A stretch of 64,000 nucleotides of DNA from an uncultured Rikenellaceae bacterium (lineage in GTDB: Bacteria; Bacteroidota; Bacteroidia; Bacteroidales; VadinHA17): positions 143,579-207,578 of the forward strand of contig CAYMFM010000001.1 of assembly GCA_964389685.1 (NCBI GenBank). Reading direction: 5' to 3'. Positions 27,459 through 37,298 of the stretch are shown here, piece by piece. How positions within the stretch are numbered: the first letter of the stretch is position 1; each line of letters opens with the position of its first letter. The notes under the pieces are model-generated. The model did not search any database, was not told where the DNA came from, and saw only the letters and a list, made by a program, of their open reading frames with translations. The position numbers were made by a program, and so were the translations under genes.

Positions 27459-29813
27459 ATGAAAATAAGCGACGCGTTAAAGAATATTAAAAAAATTAGT
27501 TATCCTGATACTTCTCCCCGGGTGGTTGAACGATCCATCGACCTCCTTAACGCATTCATCTCTTCTTCAGAGATGGTAATTGAACCGGTAAAGAAAGTGC
27601 TGCCCGATGAGAAGGCATTTGTGGTAGCCGTAGCAACTTCGTCCCGGCTAAAAGAGTTTGGGATAAAGAAACCCCTGAAGCCGAAGGATGTGTTTGTCTA
27701 TATTCTGCTTCGGAAAAACGGAACAGGCTACTGCGTAAGTTCTCATACCCGGTATCTCTTTTCCTTTGTTAACCATTTGATCCACCATATGGATGAATGG
27801 AGTATTGATGCGATTAATTGCGGAAAATGGATTACCCCATCATTTACCTGGCAAAGAGTTTCATACGATTATTTTCTTACCCAGCAGGGAAGGATACAAT
27901 ATAGATTAAACCGGGCGAGCTATGTTGCCGAACTTGCCCGGTTGGGTTTTACACACATCGAAGTGAATGGACTGGCATTTCCGATGGGATTGGAAACCGG
28001 ACCGAAGGGAGAGGCTTACCCCATGTTCTATACCTACTGCCCTGCCCTGGATCAATTTGTCTCTAGCCGGCTGAATAAAGGATTGTATCCCAATGATTAC
28101 CTTTCAGCTAATCTTACGTTCTTGAAGCAAAATGCAAAACAGGCAGTTGAGTATGGTTTGGTACCCGGGTTGCTCTGTTTTGAACCCAGATCGGTACCCG
28201 AGCAGTTTTTTCATGAATATCCGATGCTCCGGGGAGCAAGAGTCGATCATCCCTTCAGAAGCTTTAAACCCAGGTATAACATGACCATAACCCATCCGCT
28301 CGTTCGACAACATTATGCCGAATTGATCCGGAACCTCATGCAGGAAGTTCCAGAATTGGGATTTATCACCATCTGGACCAACGATAGCGGTGCAGGGTTT
28401 GAACATACAAAATCGCTGTATGTCGGTCGGAACGGGGGTGCATACCTTATCAGGGAATGGAAAGATGATGCGGAGATCTCACGATTAGCCGGAGAGAATG
28501 CATTGCGCTTCTTCCGGGTGCTCAGAGACGAAGCCCGCAAGGTTAATCCCAGTTTCAGGGTAATTACCCGAATGGAATCATTTTACGGCGAACATGAAAC
28601 CATCTGGAACGGGCTAAGTGATGGACTGGAAATTGAAACTTCCTCACTTCTGGCAAAGGGATGGGAAATGCCCTACAGACATCCGAAGTACAGGGATTCG
28701 AACCAGATTAATGCAGGTACAGTGTACCAGATGGATTTTGATCAACGGGAAAAAGAATTGTCAGAGGAGCTTGTGAAAAGGGAAAGCGCTGCCCATTTTT
28801 ATTTTTCAGCCGGACCACATTCCATGTTTGACCCGCTGATCGGCATCCCCTATCCATCCCTTACCTGCAAGAGACTAAGAACATTGCATGAGAACGGAGT
28901 TGACCTTCTCGCCTGTACCGGAGGAATCGTACCACCTGAATTGGTGCCCCATGATATCAACCAGGAGGTAATCCATTCATTTCAGTATGATCCGAATATG
29001 GATGTTGATGCGTTCCTTGAGAAAACAGCTTTGAAATGGACCGAAGGTGGGGATGCTAATGTGCTGCTAAAAGCATGGAAGCTTACCGAAGAGGCTATCC
29101 TGGCATTCCCGAATGTCACACCCCTCTATTCCACCTTTGGCTTTACCTGGTACAGGTTATGGGCACGTCCCCTCGTACCCGATATTGAAAAAATTCCACA
29201 GGACCAGAGAGAGTATTACGAACATTTCATGTGTACAACTCCTCATAATCCGAACAATGTGGATCTCAGCAGGGATGTGCTGTTCTATCTAACTGACCCT
29301 GATAAAAGCAAACATGACATGGAACGGATCGATGCCAATGCCTGGGATCCACTGGATAAAGCCATTAATGTTCTTGAACAGGCGCTGAATAAAGCAACAC
29401 CAGATCCGGGGGAAAGAAACGTTTTGTATGATCAGTGGATACGGATCAAAGCCCTGAAATGCTGGATGACGACACAAAGAAACATCGCTGCATGGATCAC
29501 AGGTGTCTATGGGTACATGAATGCAAAGAGTGAGAAATCAAAATTAAAAGAACGCAAAAGGGTGACGGACCTGATCCAACGTGAGATCGAAAATTCGAAA
29601 ATTCTCCACGAACTTTTTGATTCAGGAGTCGAATTTATGGCAATGACGGACCAGGGAGAAACACCGTTAATCTATGGAAAAAACCTGAAAAAACTGCTGA
29701 AGGTGAGAATTTCATTGATGGAAAAACACATGCATGATGAGCCATTCATTGATCACGGATACATGGAAAGAAAAGCAGGAGAACCATCCAAACCCTCTGC
29801 CGCCCACTCTTAG
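27459..29813 (+). CDS. Hypothetical 784-aa protein, possibly glycoside-hydrolase-like
   Basis: Long ORF in operon; likely start MKISDAL at 27459; no signal peptide; WTNDSGAG and TRMESF motifs not assignable by eye. Confidence 0.6.
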   Translation: MKISDALKNIKKISYPDTSPRVVERSIDLLNAFISSSEMVIEPVKKVLPDEKAFVVAVATSSRLKEFGIKKPLKPKDVFVYILLRKNGTGYCVSSHTRYLFSFVNHLIHHMDEWSIDAINCGKWITPSFTWQRVSYDYFLTQQGRIQYRLNRASYVAELARLGFTHIEVNGLAFPMGLETGPKGEAYPMFYTYCPALDQFVSSRLNKGLYPNDYLSANLTFLKQNAKQAVEYGLVPGLLCFEPRSVPEQFFHEYPMLRGARVDHPFRSFKPRYNMTITHPLVRQHYAELIRNLMQEVPELGFITIWTNDSGAGFEHTKSLYVGRNGGAYLIREWKDDAEISRLAGENALRFFRVLRDEARKVNPSFRVITRMESFYGEHETIWNGLSDGLEIETSSLLAKGWEMPYRHPKYRDSNQINAGTVYQMDFDQREKELSEELVKRESAAHFYFSAGPHSMFDPLIGIPYPSLTCKRLRTLHENGVDLLACTGGIVPPELVPHDINQEVIHSFQYDPNMDVDAFLEKTALKWTEGGDANVLLKAWKLTEEAILAFPNVTPLYSTFGFTWYRLWARPLVPDIEKIPQDQREYYEHFMCTTPHNPNNVDLSRDVLFYLTDPDKSKHDMERIDANAWDPLDKAINVLEQALNKATPDPGERNVLYDQWIRIKALKCWMTTQRNIAAWITGVYGYMNAKSEKSKLKERKRVTDLIQREIENSKILHELFDSGVEFMAMTDQGETPLIYGKNLKKLLKVRISLMEKHMHDEPFIDHGYMERKAGEPSKPSAAHS

Positions 29814-29861
29814 CGGGAGTCTGGCAGATTTGATCGCCTGTTTACTAAATGCTTTATTACC

Positions 29862-30845
29862 ATGAAGTTCAAAGTAGGAATTGATAATTACAGCCTGTCT
29901 CCATTAAACCTGGAACCATTGAAGGTGTTAGCTTGGGCGGAGAAAAACAAGGCAGATGGGGTTTCATTTTCCGGTTTGCCGGAAGGAAGAAGTAACCCCG
30001 ATTATGAATACCTGAAATCGCTGAAAGCCTTTGGAAAAGAACACAACCTCTACCTCGAATGGGGAGGAGCACAACATATTCCCCGCGATATGAACTCGTG
30101 GGAGAAAAAAGATCTGTTTCAACACAACCGAAATGTTGCCCGGGAAGCAGAAATTCTCGGAACAAGGATCATGCGGTCGTGTTCCGGCGGACTGATGCGA
30201 TGGAATCCGGCAAATCCACCAACCGATGCATTGTTGAAAGAAATGGCCAATGCCTTGAAAGTTCAGAAACAGATGCTGATGGACCACCACGTAATACTAG
30301 CCATAGAAACACACTTTGAGTTTACCACCTTCGAACTGCTGAAAGTTTTTGAGATGTGTGAAACTGAGCCAGGAGAGTGTCTTGGAATTTGTCTCGATAC
30401 CATGAACCTGCTGGTTATGCTGGAAGACCCGGTCGGTGCTACCGAACGGATCCTTCCATGGGTGGTGTCCACTCACATAAAAGATGGCGCCATTACCCTG
30501 TGCGACAGTGGTTTGTCGGTATTTACCGTGGAAACCGGCAAAGGAATTATTAACCTGAAACGGATCATTGAATTGCTGGATACACTACCGAATGAGGTTA
30601 CTCTCTCCATAGAGGATCACGGGGGTGACTTCGATATCCCGGTGTATGATCCGGATTTCCTGGCTGAATTTCCGAATTTGTCGAAGGAAGAATTCATTAA
30701 CCTGATCAACCTTGTAAAATTATCACAGCAGAAGATCGTAGATGGAAAGATATCTCCTCTTTCCCGTGATAAATGGCCGGATGTATGTGAGGAAAGGGTG
30801 ATTGATGATATTGCGAATATCAGAAAAATCATTTCGGAAATTTAG
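29862..30845 (+). CDS. Sugar-phosphate isomerase/epimerase (xylose-isomerase-like TIM barrel)
   Basis: Metal-ligand motifs AIETHFE, ICLDTMN, STHIKDG and IEDHG. Confidence 0.82.
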   Translation: MKFKVGIDNYSLSPLNLEPLKVLAWAEKNKADGVSFSGLPEGRSNPDYEYLKSLKAFGKEHNLYLEWGGAQHIPRDMNSWEKKDLFQHNRNVAREAEILGTRIMRSCSGGLMRWNPANPPTDALLKEMANALKVQKQMLMDHHVILAIETHFEFTTFELLKVFEMCETEPGECLGICLDTMNLLVMLEDPVGATERILPWVVSTHIKDGAITLCDSGLSVFTVETGKGIINLKRIIELLDTLPNEVTLSIEDHGGDFDIPVYDPDFLAEFPNLSKEEFINLINLVKLSQQKIVDGKISPLSRDKWPDVCEERVIDDIANIRKIISEI

Positions 30846-30930
30846 AAAAGCAATAGGTCGCTCCTACGGAGCTATGATCATATTTCACAGGGCGGGCTTC
30901 ATAACCGTTCACCGAACAACGAACAAAAAT

Positions 30931-32265
30931 ATGACTAAGCACGAAACCTTCCGGTTCAAAACAGCAGATGAGTTGTTGAAAAAGGCGGAAGAACTGGGGA
31001 TCAACCTTCCCTGGCAGGAAGATCTGGAGCTCCTGTTTAAACCGGTTTGCCTGGGTGAAATAGAGATCCAAAACAGGTTGGTGGTGCATCCGATGGAAGG
31101 ATTTGACGCCAATCCGGATGGTTCCCCGGGAGAACTCACCTTCAGACGCTATAACCGGTATGCCGAAGGCGGTAGTGGAATGATCTGGTTTGAGGCGACT
31201 GCGGTTGTAAAAGAGGGAAGATCAAATCCGAGACAACTGATTATAAACAGACAAACCCTGCCCGGATTTCAGCGGTTGATTGAGGATATACGGTCATCAG
31301 CGCTCAAGGCATTCGGTCCATCGCATAGCCTGTATCTCGTTCTTCAACTAACCCATTCAGGACGGTTCAGTAAACCGGAAGGTCTTCCTGAACCGTCGGT
31401 ATTTTGTTTTAATCCCTATTTAGACCGGGACAGCGATGAGATCAGGTTGCTTACGGATGAACAACTTGAACAGGTTCAGGATATATTCATAGAAGCTGGA
31501 ACCCTGGCTGAGAAGGCTGGTTTTGATAGTGTGGATATCAAAGCGAGTCACGGATACCTGCTCCATGACTTTTTATCTTCATTTACCCGGGAAGATAGCC
31601 GGTTTGGCGGGCCGTCCTTTGAAAACAGGACCCGTTTCATCCGGGAAGTGATACAGGGGATACAAACAAAAACCAGCAGTCTGAAGATCTCCAGCCGTAT
31701 CAACCTGTATGATGGAATTCCCTATCCCTATGGATTTGGTGTCAGGAATGATGGGTCGGTTGCAATGGATCCGGATGAACCGGTTAAACTGGCACGCCAA
31801 TTGACACAATCGGGTTGTGATCTGATAAACGGGACCATGGGAATTCCCTTATTAAACGCTCACCTGAATCGTCCCTACGATAAGCCACTGCCGGGGATGA
31901 GCCTGCCGGATGAACATCCCCTGGAAGGTGTTGCACGGCTAATTGATGGCGTTGGGATGGTACAACAGGCTGTTCCGGAAGCTAAATTGGTTGGGACCGG
32001 GTATTCCTGGCTGAGGCATCTTTTCCCGGAAGTAGCTGCCGCAGTGCTGGCACAGAAGAAAGCCACATTCATTGGATTGGGGCGCAGCTCATTTGCCTAT
32101 CCCGCTGCGCCTAAAGACCTTATGCAATATGGGAAAATCAGAAAGGAAAAAACCTGTACTTCCTGTTCAAAGTGTACTGAACTGATGAGGAATATGCTCG
32201 TTACCGGCTGTCCCATAAGGGATAAGGAAGTGTATGGACCAATATACAAGAAAATAAAATGTTGA
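30931..32265 (+). CDS. NADH:flavin oxidoreductase (Old Yellow Enzyme family) with a C-terminal Cys cluster
   Basis: NRLVVHPMEG, GGSGMIWFEA, LQLTHSGR, GFDSVDIKASHGYLL, RFGG; CTSCSKC-x11-C; likely start MTKHETF at 30931. Confidence 0.88.
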   Translation: MTKHETFRFKTADELLKKAEELGINLPWQEDLELLFKPVCLGEIEIQNRLVVHPMEGFDANPDGSPGELTFRRYNRYAEGGSGMIWFEATAVVKEGRSNPRQLIINRQTLPGFQRLIEDIRSSALKAFGPSHSLYLVLQLTHSGRFSKPEGLPEPSVFCFNPYLDRDSDEIRLLTDEQLEQVQDIFIEAGTLAEKAGFDSVDIKASHGYLLHDFLSSFTREDSRFGGPSFENRTRFIREVIQGIQTKTSSLKISSRINLYDGIPYPYGFGVRNDGSVAMDPDEPVKLARQLTQSGCDLINGTMGIPLLNAHLNRPYDKPLPGMSLPDEHPLEGVARLIDGVGMVQQAVPEAKLVGTGYSWLRHLFPEVAAAVLAQKKATFIGLGRSSFAYPAAPKDLMQYGKIRKEKTCTSCSKCTELMRNMLVTGCPIRDKEVYGPIYKKIKC

Positions 32266-33065
32266 GACAGATGGGAAATAACCAGAAAGTAGCCATTGTG
32301 TCCGGCGTAAGCCGGGGAATTGGAAAAGCAACAGCTATTCGTCTTGCAGAAGCAGGATATGCCATTGCAGGAATATCCCGGACAATACATTCTCCGGGAT
32401 CAGAAAAAAATCGTGCCGAACTTGAAACTTCAATTTCGGAGTATGGAGTGGATTTCAAATCCTACACCCTGGATATTGCTGATATTGAAAGCCACCAGAA
32501 CGTGATCGACAACATCATGAAGGATCTTGGCCGGATTGATCTGCTTGTGAATAACGCCGGAGTTGCCCCGGTAAAACGCATGGATCTGCTTGAAACAACC
32601 CCGGAAAGTTACGACCGGGTCATGGGAATAAACCTTCGCGGTCCCCTCTTTTTCACACAACGGGTGGTCAATACCATGATCGGGCTGCAGGGAAAGATTG
32701 ATCCGTATTTTCCACGAATTGTGTTCATCACCTCTGTTTCAGCCGTGATGTCTTCGGTAAACAGAGGGGAATATTGCATCTCCAAAGCCGGTTTGAGCAT
32801 GGCCAGCCAGCTCTTTGCCGACCGCCTCTCAAAAATGGGTATAGTCGTTTTTGAAGTAAGACCCGGGATCATACGGACCGATATGACGGCTCCGGTTAAG
32901 GAGAAGTATGACAGCATGATCGCTGATGGTTTAATCCCTCAGGACCGGTGGGGTCATCCCGATGATATCGCGAAAACCGTTGCTGCCATTGTTACTGGCA
33001 ATTTTGACTATTCCACCGGAATGATATTTGAAGTGAGCGGGGGCATGAATATCCGGAGTTTGTGA
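32259..33065 (+). CDS. SDR oxidoreductase (3-ketoacyl-ACP reductase-like, PRK12745 type)
   Basis: GVSRGIG, NNAG, YCISK, RPGIIRTDM. Confidence 0.88.
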   Translation: MLRQMGNNQKVAIVSGVSRGIGKATAIRLAEAGYAIAGISRTIHSPGSEKNRAELETSISEYGVDFKSYTLDIADIESHQNVIDNIMKDLGRIDLLVNNAGVAPVKRMDLLETTPESYDRVMGINLRGPLFFTQRVVNTMIGLQGKIDPYFPRIVFITSVSAVMSSVNRGEYCISKAGLSMASQLFADRLSKMGIVVFEVRPGIIRTDMTAPVKEKYDSMIADGLIPQDRWGHPDDIAKTVAAIVTGNFDYSTGMIFEVSGGMNIRSL

Positions 33066-33126
33066 AATCATCAAGAGGATTGGATATTCGATCATTATCT
33101 TCCTTTAATTTAAAAATTAGTAAAAG

Positions 33127-33355
33127 GAATCCCAGCGGGATTCAACAATGAGTAACCCCGTATTTAGTGCGGGGCAGGAACAGGGAACAAAACCAACCCC
33201 GAATGGGGTTGAATAAGAAAACATATAATAATAAGATGGGATCGAACATAAAGATTGATATTTCTCTAGTTCAACCCCTGCAGGGTTGTTTATACAATCT
33301 TTTGGTAACCACCGGTTTTACCGGTGGCTATTCATTTTTCAACCCCTTCGGGGTT
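33127..33355. repeat. Two inverted triple-hairpin REP units (RAYT-end-like) with no gene between them
   Basis: Left: GAATCCCAGCGGGATTC, AACCCCG..CGGGG, CAACCCCGAATGGGGTTG. Right: TTCAACCCCTGCAGGGTTG, CCACCGGTTTTACCGGTGG, TTCAACCCCTTCGGGGTT. Confidence 0.7.
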
Positions 33356-33458
33356 TAACTGTTCTGGATGTTTCATTTCAGATTATTTTGTGATGGATTC
33401 GACTGGTAAATTTACTTTTAAATAGTTATACGCTGTAATCGTTTTGCTCTGAAATAAC

Positions 33459-35963
33459 ATGACTCAAAAAACCCTGATCCTCGTTTGCAATGCCCACCTG
33501 GATCCCGTGTGGTTATGGGAGTGGGAGGAAGGCCTGGCAGAAACACTATCCACCTTCCGGATTGCGGCAAAATTCTGCCGGGAGTATGAGGGATTCGTTT
33601 TCTGCCACAACGAAGCACTCCTCTATCAGTACGTTGAGGAGTATGAGCCGGAACTGTTTGAAGAGATCAGGACGCTGGTAACCGAAGGAAGCTGGAAGAT
33701 CATCGGCGGCTGGTACCTTCAACCCGATTGCAATATGCCCTCCGGAGAAGCATTGATCCGGCAAATCGTGGTTGGAAAAAAATACTTCATGGATAGATTT
33801 GGGGTTGAACCCAAAACCGCTGTTAATTTTGATCCGTTTGGTCATTCCCGCGGGTTGGTTCAGGTAATGAAAAAATCGGGCTACTCTTCCTATCTGTTTT
33901 GCCGGCCCGATCATCATTTTTTTGATCTGCCCGATCTTGATTTCAAATGGGTGGGATACGATGGCTCTGAGATATTAGCTCACCGCCCTTATGATCACTA
34001 TAACTCAAGCAAAGGTCAGTCTGTCGATAAAATCAGGAAGTGGCTGACACAGAATAGTAGCAGAAAGAACGGACTGCTTCTCTGGGGAATTGGAAATCAC
34101 GGTGGGGGACCCTCACGGGAAGACCTTGAGCAGATCTCCGAATTGCAGAAAAAGACAAAAGAGAGAACCATCTGCCACGGAACCCCGGAAGAGTATTTTT
34201 ATTTACTGGAGAAGGAAGGAAAGAAATTCGTGAGAGTGGAAAAGAGCATTAATCCATTTGCTGTTGGATGTTATACCTCGATGCAACTGGTTAAAAAGAG
34301 ATACAGGCAGCTGGAAAATCTCTTCTTCCTTACAGAGAAAATTTGTACCCTGACTCACCTGCAGGGAATGATGGAATATCCCGGAAAGTCATTATCGGAA
34401 GCACTGGAAGACCTGCTTTTTTGCCAGTTCCACGATATCCTTCCCGGATCATCCATACCGGAAGTGGAAGAATATGCCATCCGACGGCTGCACCATGGGA
34501 TGGAGATCCTTGAACGTCTGCAGACAAAAGCATTTATGGCAAACCTTTCCGGTCAGCCGGAGACAAAAGAGGATGAGTTTCCGCTGTTGTTTTTTAATCC
34601 GCATCCTTTTGATGTCGATGAAACGGTGGTTGTTGAATTCCAGGCACAGGAACCCAACTTCGATGAAGAGTACCTGCAGGTACCGGAAATTATGGATCCG
34701 GAGGGAAACCTCATTCCTTCTCAGGTTGAAAAAGAGAGCAGCAACATCGTTCAGGACCACCGAAAACGGGTTGTTTTTAACGCCCGTCTCAAAGCATCAT
34801 CCATGAACCGGTATTCCTGTTTTTTGAAGAAGATACCGCGTGTATCAGCGGTAAAGGGAAAAGTAACTGACCGGTTTCGCTTCAGCCTGCCGAATGGACA
34901 GATAGAGATCAATCCTGAAACGGGTTTGATTCAGAGTTATGAGATTGATGGAAAAAAGATTCTATTACCGGGATCAGGACGGCTGCTGGTAATCGGCGAT
35001 AATGCGGATCCCTGGGGTATGACTGTTCGGTCCTTTCGGGAAATAAAGGGAGAATTTCAGCTGCTGACACCACAGTCGGCTGCTTCATTTGCCGGTGTGG
35101 ATGCCACGCGGTTGCAGCCACTCCGGATCATTGAGGAAGGTCCGGTAAGGACCATGGTTGAAGGACTGTTCGGTTTTGCAGGATCGTATGCTGCAATACG
35201 GTATAAGATACCGCAGAATAGGAACGAAATAGAAATAGAAGCAAGGATCTACTGGATGGAGAAAGACAGCATGCTGAAAATTTCTTTTAATACGGGCTGG
35301 GAAAACGCAAAATGTTCTGGGCAGGTCGCCTGTGGAGTGGAAGAGTTTGACCGGGTCCGGGAAGAGCTTGTAGCTCAAAGATGGATCGGTTTGGAATCAC
35401 AGACAGAGGAAATGGCACTCACTGTCATCAATGATACTACGTATGGATTTGACTATGATAACGGGGAAATAAGGATCTCCATGTTACGGTCTCCTGCCTA
35501 TTCAGGTCATCCGGTAGAGCAAGATCAACCCATTGCTCCTCAGGATCGGTTCGAACCACGAATTGACCAGGGCGAACGATCCTTCCGGTTCTGGATACAA
35601 GCCGGTAATTCCTCTGTACGGAGAGAATCAATCCACAGGGAGAGCCTGGTCAGGAACGAACCACCACACGGGCTCTGCTGTTACCCCACAGGAAAGGGCG
35701 AAAAATTGCTTCAGGGAGTGATTATCTCTGATCCAACCATTCAACTGCCTGCACTGAAAATGAGCCAAAAGAATGAGCGGTTGGTGATGCGATTGTTTGA
35801 GCCAACAGGGCAAGAGAGGAAAGCAGAAATCAAAATTCCTGTATTGGATTTTTCCAGCACGGTTGTACTGAGACCCTTTGAAATTAAAACCATTGCAATC
35901 GATCTTAAAAACAGGACCATAGTTGAAACCGACTTGCTGGAACGGGAATTGAACCAATCCTGA
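33459..35963 (+). CDS. GH38 alpha-mannosidase
   Basis: CNAHLDPVW, GGWYLQPDCNMPSGE, DPFGHS, QFHDILPGS; no signal peptide. Confidence 0.93.
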   Translation: MTQKTLILVCNAHLDPVWLWEWEEGLAETLSTFRIAAKFCREYEGFVFCHNEALLYQYVEEYEPELFEEIRTLVTEGSWKIIGGWYLQPDCNMPSGEALIRQIVVGKKYFMDRFGVEPKTAVNFDPFGHSRGLVQVMKKSGYSSYLFCRPDHHFFDLPDLDFKWVGYDGSEILAHRPYDHYNSSKGQSVDKIRKWLTQNSSRKNGLLLWGIGNHGGGPSREDLEQISELQKKTKERTICHGTPEEYFYLLEKEGKKFVRVEKSINPFAVGCYTSMQLVKKRYRQLENLFFLTEKICTLTHLQGMMEYPGKSLSEALEDLLFCQFHDILPGSSIPEVEEYAIRRLHHGMEILERLQTKAFMANLSGQPETKEDEFPLLFFNPHPFDVDETVVVEFQAQEPNFDEEYLQVPEIMDPEGNLIPSQVEKESSNIVQDHRKRVVFNARLKASSMNRYSCFLKKIPRVSAVKGKVTDRFRFSLPNGQIEINPETGLIQSYEIDGKKILLPGSGRLLVIGDNADPWGMTVRSFREIKGEFQLLTPQSAASFAGVDATRLQPLRIIEEGPVRTMVEGLFGFAGSYAAIRYKIPQNRNEIEIEARIYWMEKDSMLKISFNTGWENAKCSGQVACGVEEFDRVREELVAQRWIGLESQTEEMALTVINDTTYGFDYDNGEIRISMLRSPAYSGHPVEQDQPIAPQDRFEPRIDQGERSFRFWIQAGNSSVRRESIHRESLVRNEPPHGLCCYPTGKGEKLLQGVIISDPTIQLPALKMSQKNERLVMRLFEPTGQERKAEIKIPVLDFSSTVVLRPFEIKTIAIDLKNRTIVETDLLERELNQS

Positions 35964-37190
35964 ATGGACTATAAAAAAAGAAATAGCGTATCCGTTTTGA
36001 TGGTTGGAATCGGAGGGTACGGATTCTATTACCTGAAGAACCTGTTTGAACATTTCAGTGACGAAGAGATTGAGATGAGCGGTGTGGTTGATCCTTTTGC
36101 CGCGAACTCCGGATTATACCGGGAGATAAAGAGACGGAGGATTCCCATTTGTAACTCCCTTATGGATTTTTACATCAAGGGAGGAAGCGCTGACCTTGTG
36201 GTCATTTCTTCTCCATTGCAATATCACATCGAACAGTCCTGTATTGCCCTGATTAATGGAGGCAACGTATTGTGCGATAAACCACTCGGTACTGTGATAC
36301 AGGATATTGATGAACTGTTATTGGCGAGAAAGCAATCGGGCAGATGGGTTATGATTGGGTACCAGTGGTCCTACTCCAACGCGATCCAGGAGTTAAAAAG
36401 GGATATTATTTCCGGACTGTATGGTAAACCCATACGGATGAAATCACTCTGTTTCTGGCCCCGGGGGAAAGATTATTATGAAAGGAATGAATGGGCCGGA
36501 AAGTTAAGGGATGAAAAAGAACGGTGGGTTCTCGATAGTCCCCTGGGAAACGCGATGGCACATTTCATACACAACCTCTTCTACCTGCTCGGCAGGGAAA
36601 TGAATGAGAGTGATCAACCGGCCGGGATCCAGGGTGAATGTTACCGAACCTATCCCATTCAGAATTACGACACCGGTGTGTTCAGGGCATACACTGCCTG
36701 TGGTGTGGAAATCTTGTTTTACGGATCGCACGTTACCGCCTGTGAAAGAGGCCCAATGTTTCATCTGGAGTTTGAAGATGGAACCGTTACATTTGGTGAT
36801 GAACAGGACCGGATCGTCGCTACTACACGGGAGGGGAGGAAGAAAGACTATGGTTCCCCGGAGGACGATGATCAGTTCCTTAAACTTCACGAAGCAATGA
36901 AAGCTGTAAGGGAAGACCGGCCGGTGATTTGTGGTCCGGAAGCAGCTACTGCACAGGTTCTGTGTATTAATGGAGTCCAGGATTCAGTGGAAGAGATCGC
37001 TGCTTTCCCTTTCGATAGACTGGTGATGGATGAACAAAAGGAACGATTCTGGATCGATGGTCTCGGTGAAGAGTTGTATGCGTGTTACCGGGACAACAGA
37101 TTGCCTTCGGAGACAAACCTGCCCTGGGCTGTTCCGGGTAAAATAATCGATTTGAGAAATTATGTGTACTTTCCCGGAGGGAGAAGATGA
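35964..37190 (+). CDS. Gfo/Idh/MocA oxidoreductase
   Basis: VGIGGYG, LCDKP, IGYQW, NAMAHFIHN. Confidence 0.88.
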   Translation: MDYKKRNSVSVLMVGIGGYGFYYLKNLFEHFSDEEIEMSGVVDPFAANSGLYREIKRRRIPICNSLMDFYIKGGSADLVVISSPLQYHIEQSCIALINGGNVLCDKPLGTVIQDIDELLLARKQSGRWVMIGYQWSYSNAIQELKRDIISGLYGKPIRMKSLCFWPRGKDYYERNEWAGKLRDEKERWVLDSPLGNAMAHFIHNLFYLLGREMNESDQPAGIQGECYRTYPIQNYDTGVFRAYTACGVEILFYGSHVTACERGPMFHLEFEDGTVTFGDEQDRIVATTREGRKKDYGSPEDDDQFLKLHEAMKAVREDRPVICGPEAATAQVLCINGVQDSVEEIAAFPFDRLVMDEQKERFWIDGLGEELYACYRDNRLPSETNLPWAVPGKIIDLRNYVYFPGGRR

Positions 37191-37298
37191 AGAGATTTTC
37201 CGATTTTTTAATACGTAATAAACTGTCCCCTTTTTTGAAAAGGGGGTGTCCGCCAGCTGGCGGACGGGGGATTCCCTAAACAACAATGATTCGGCAAC

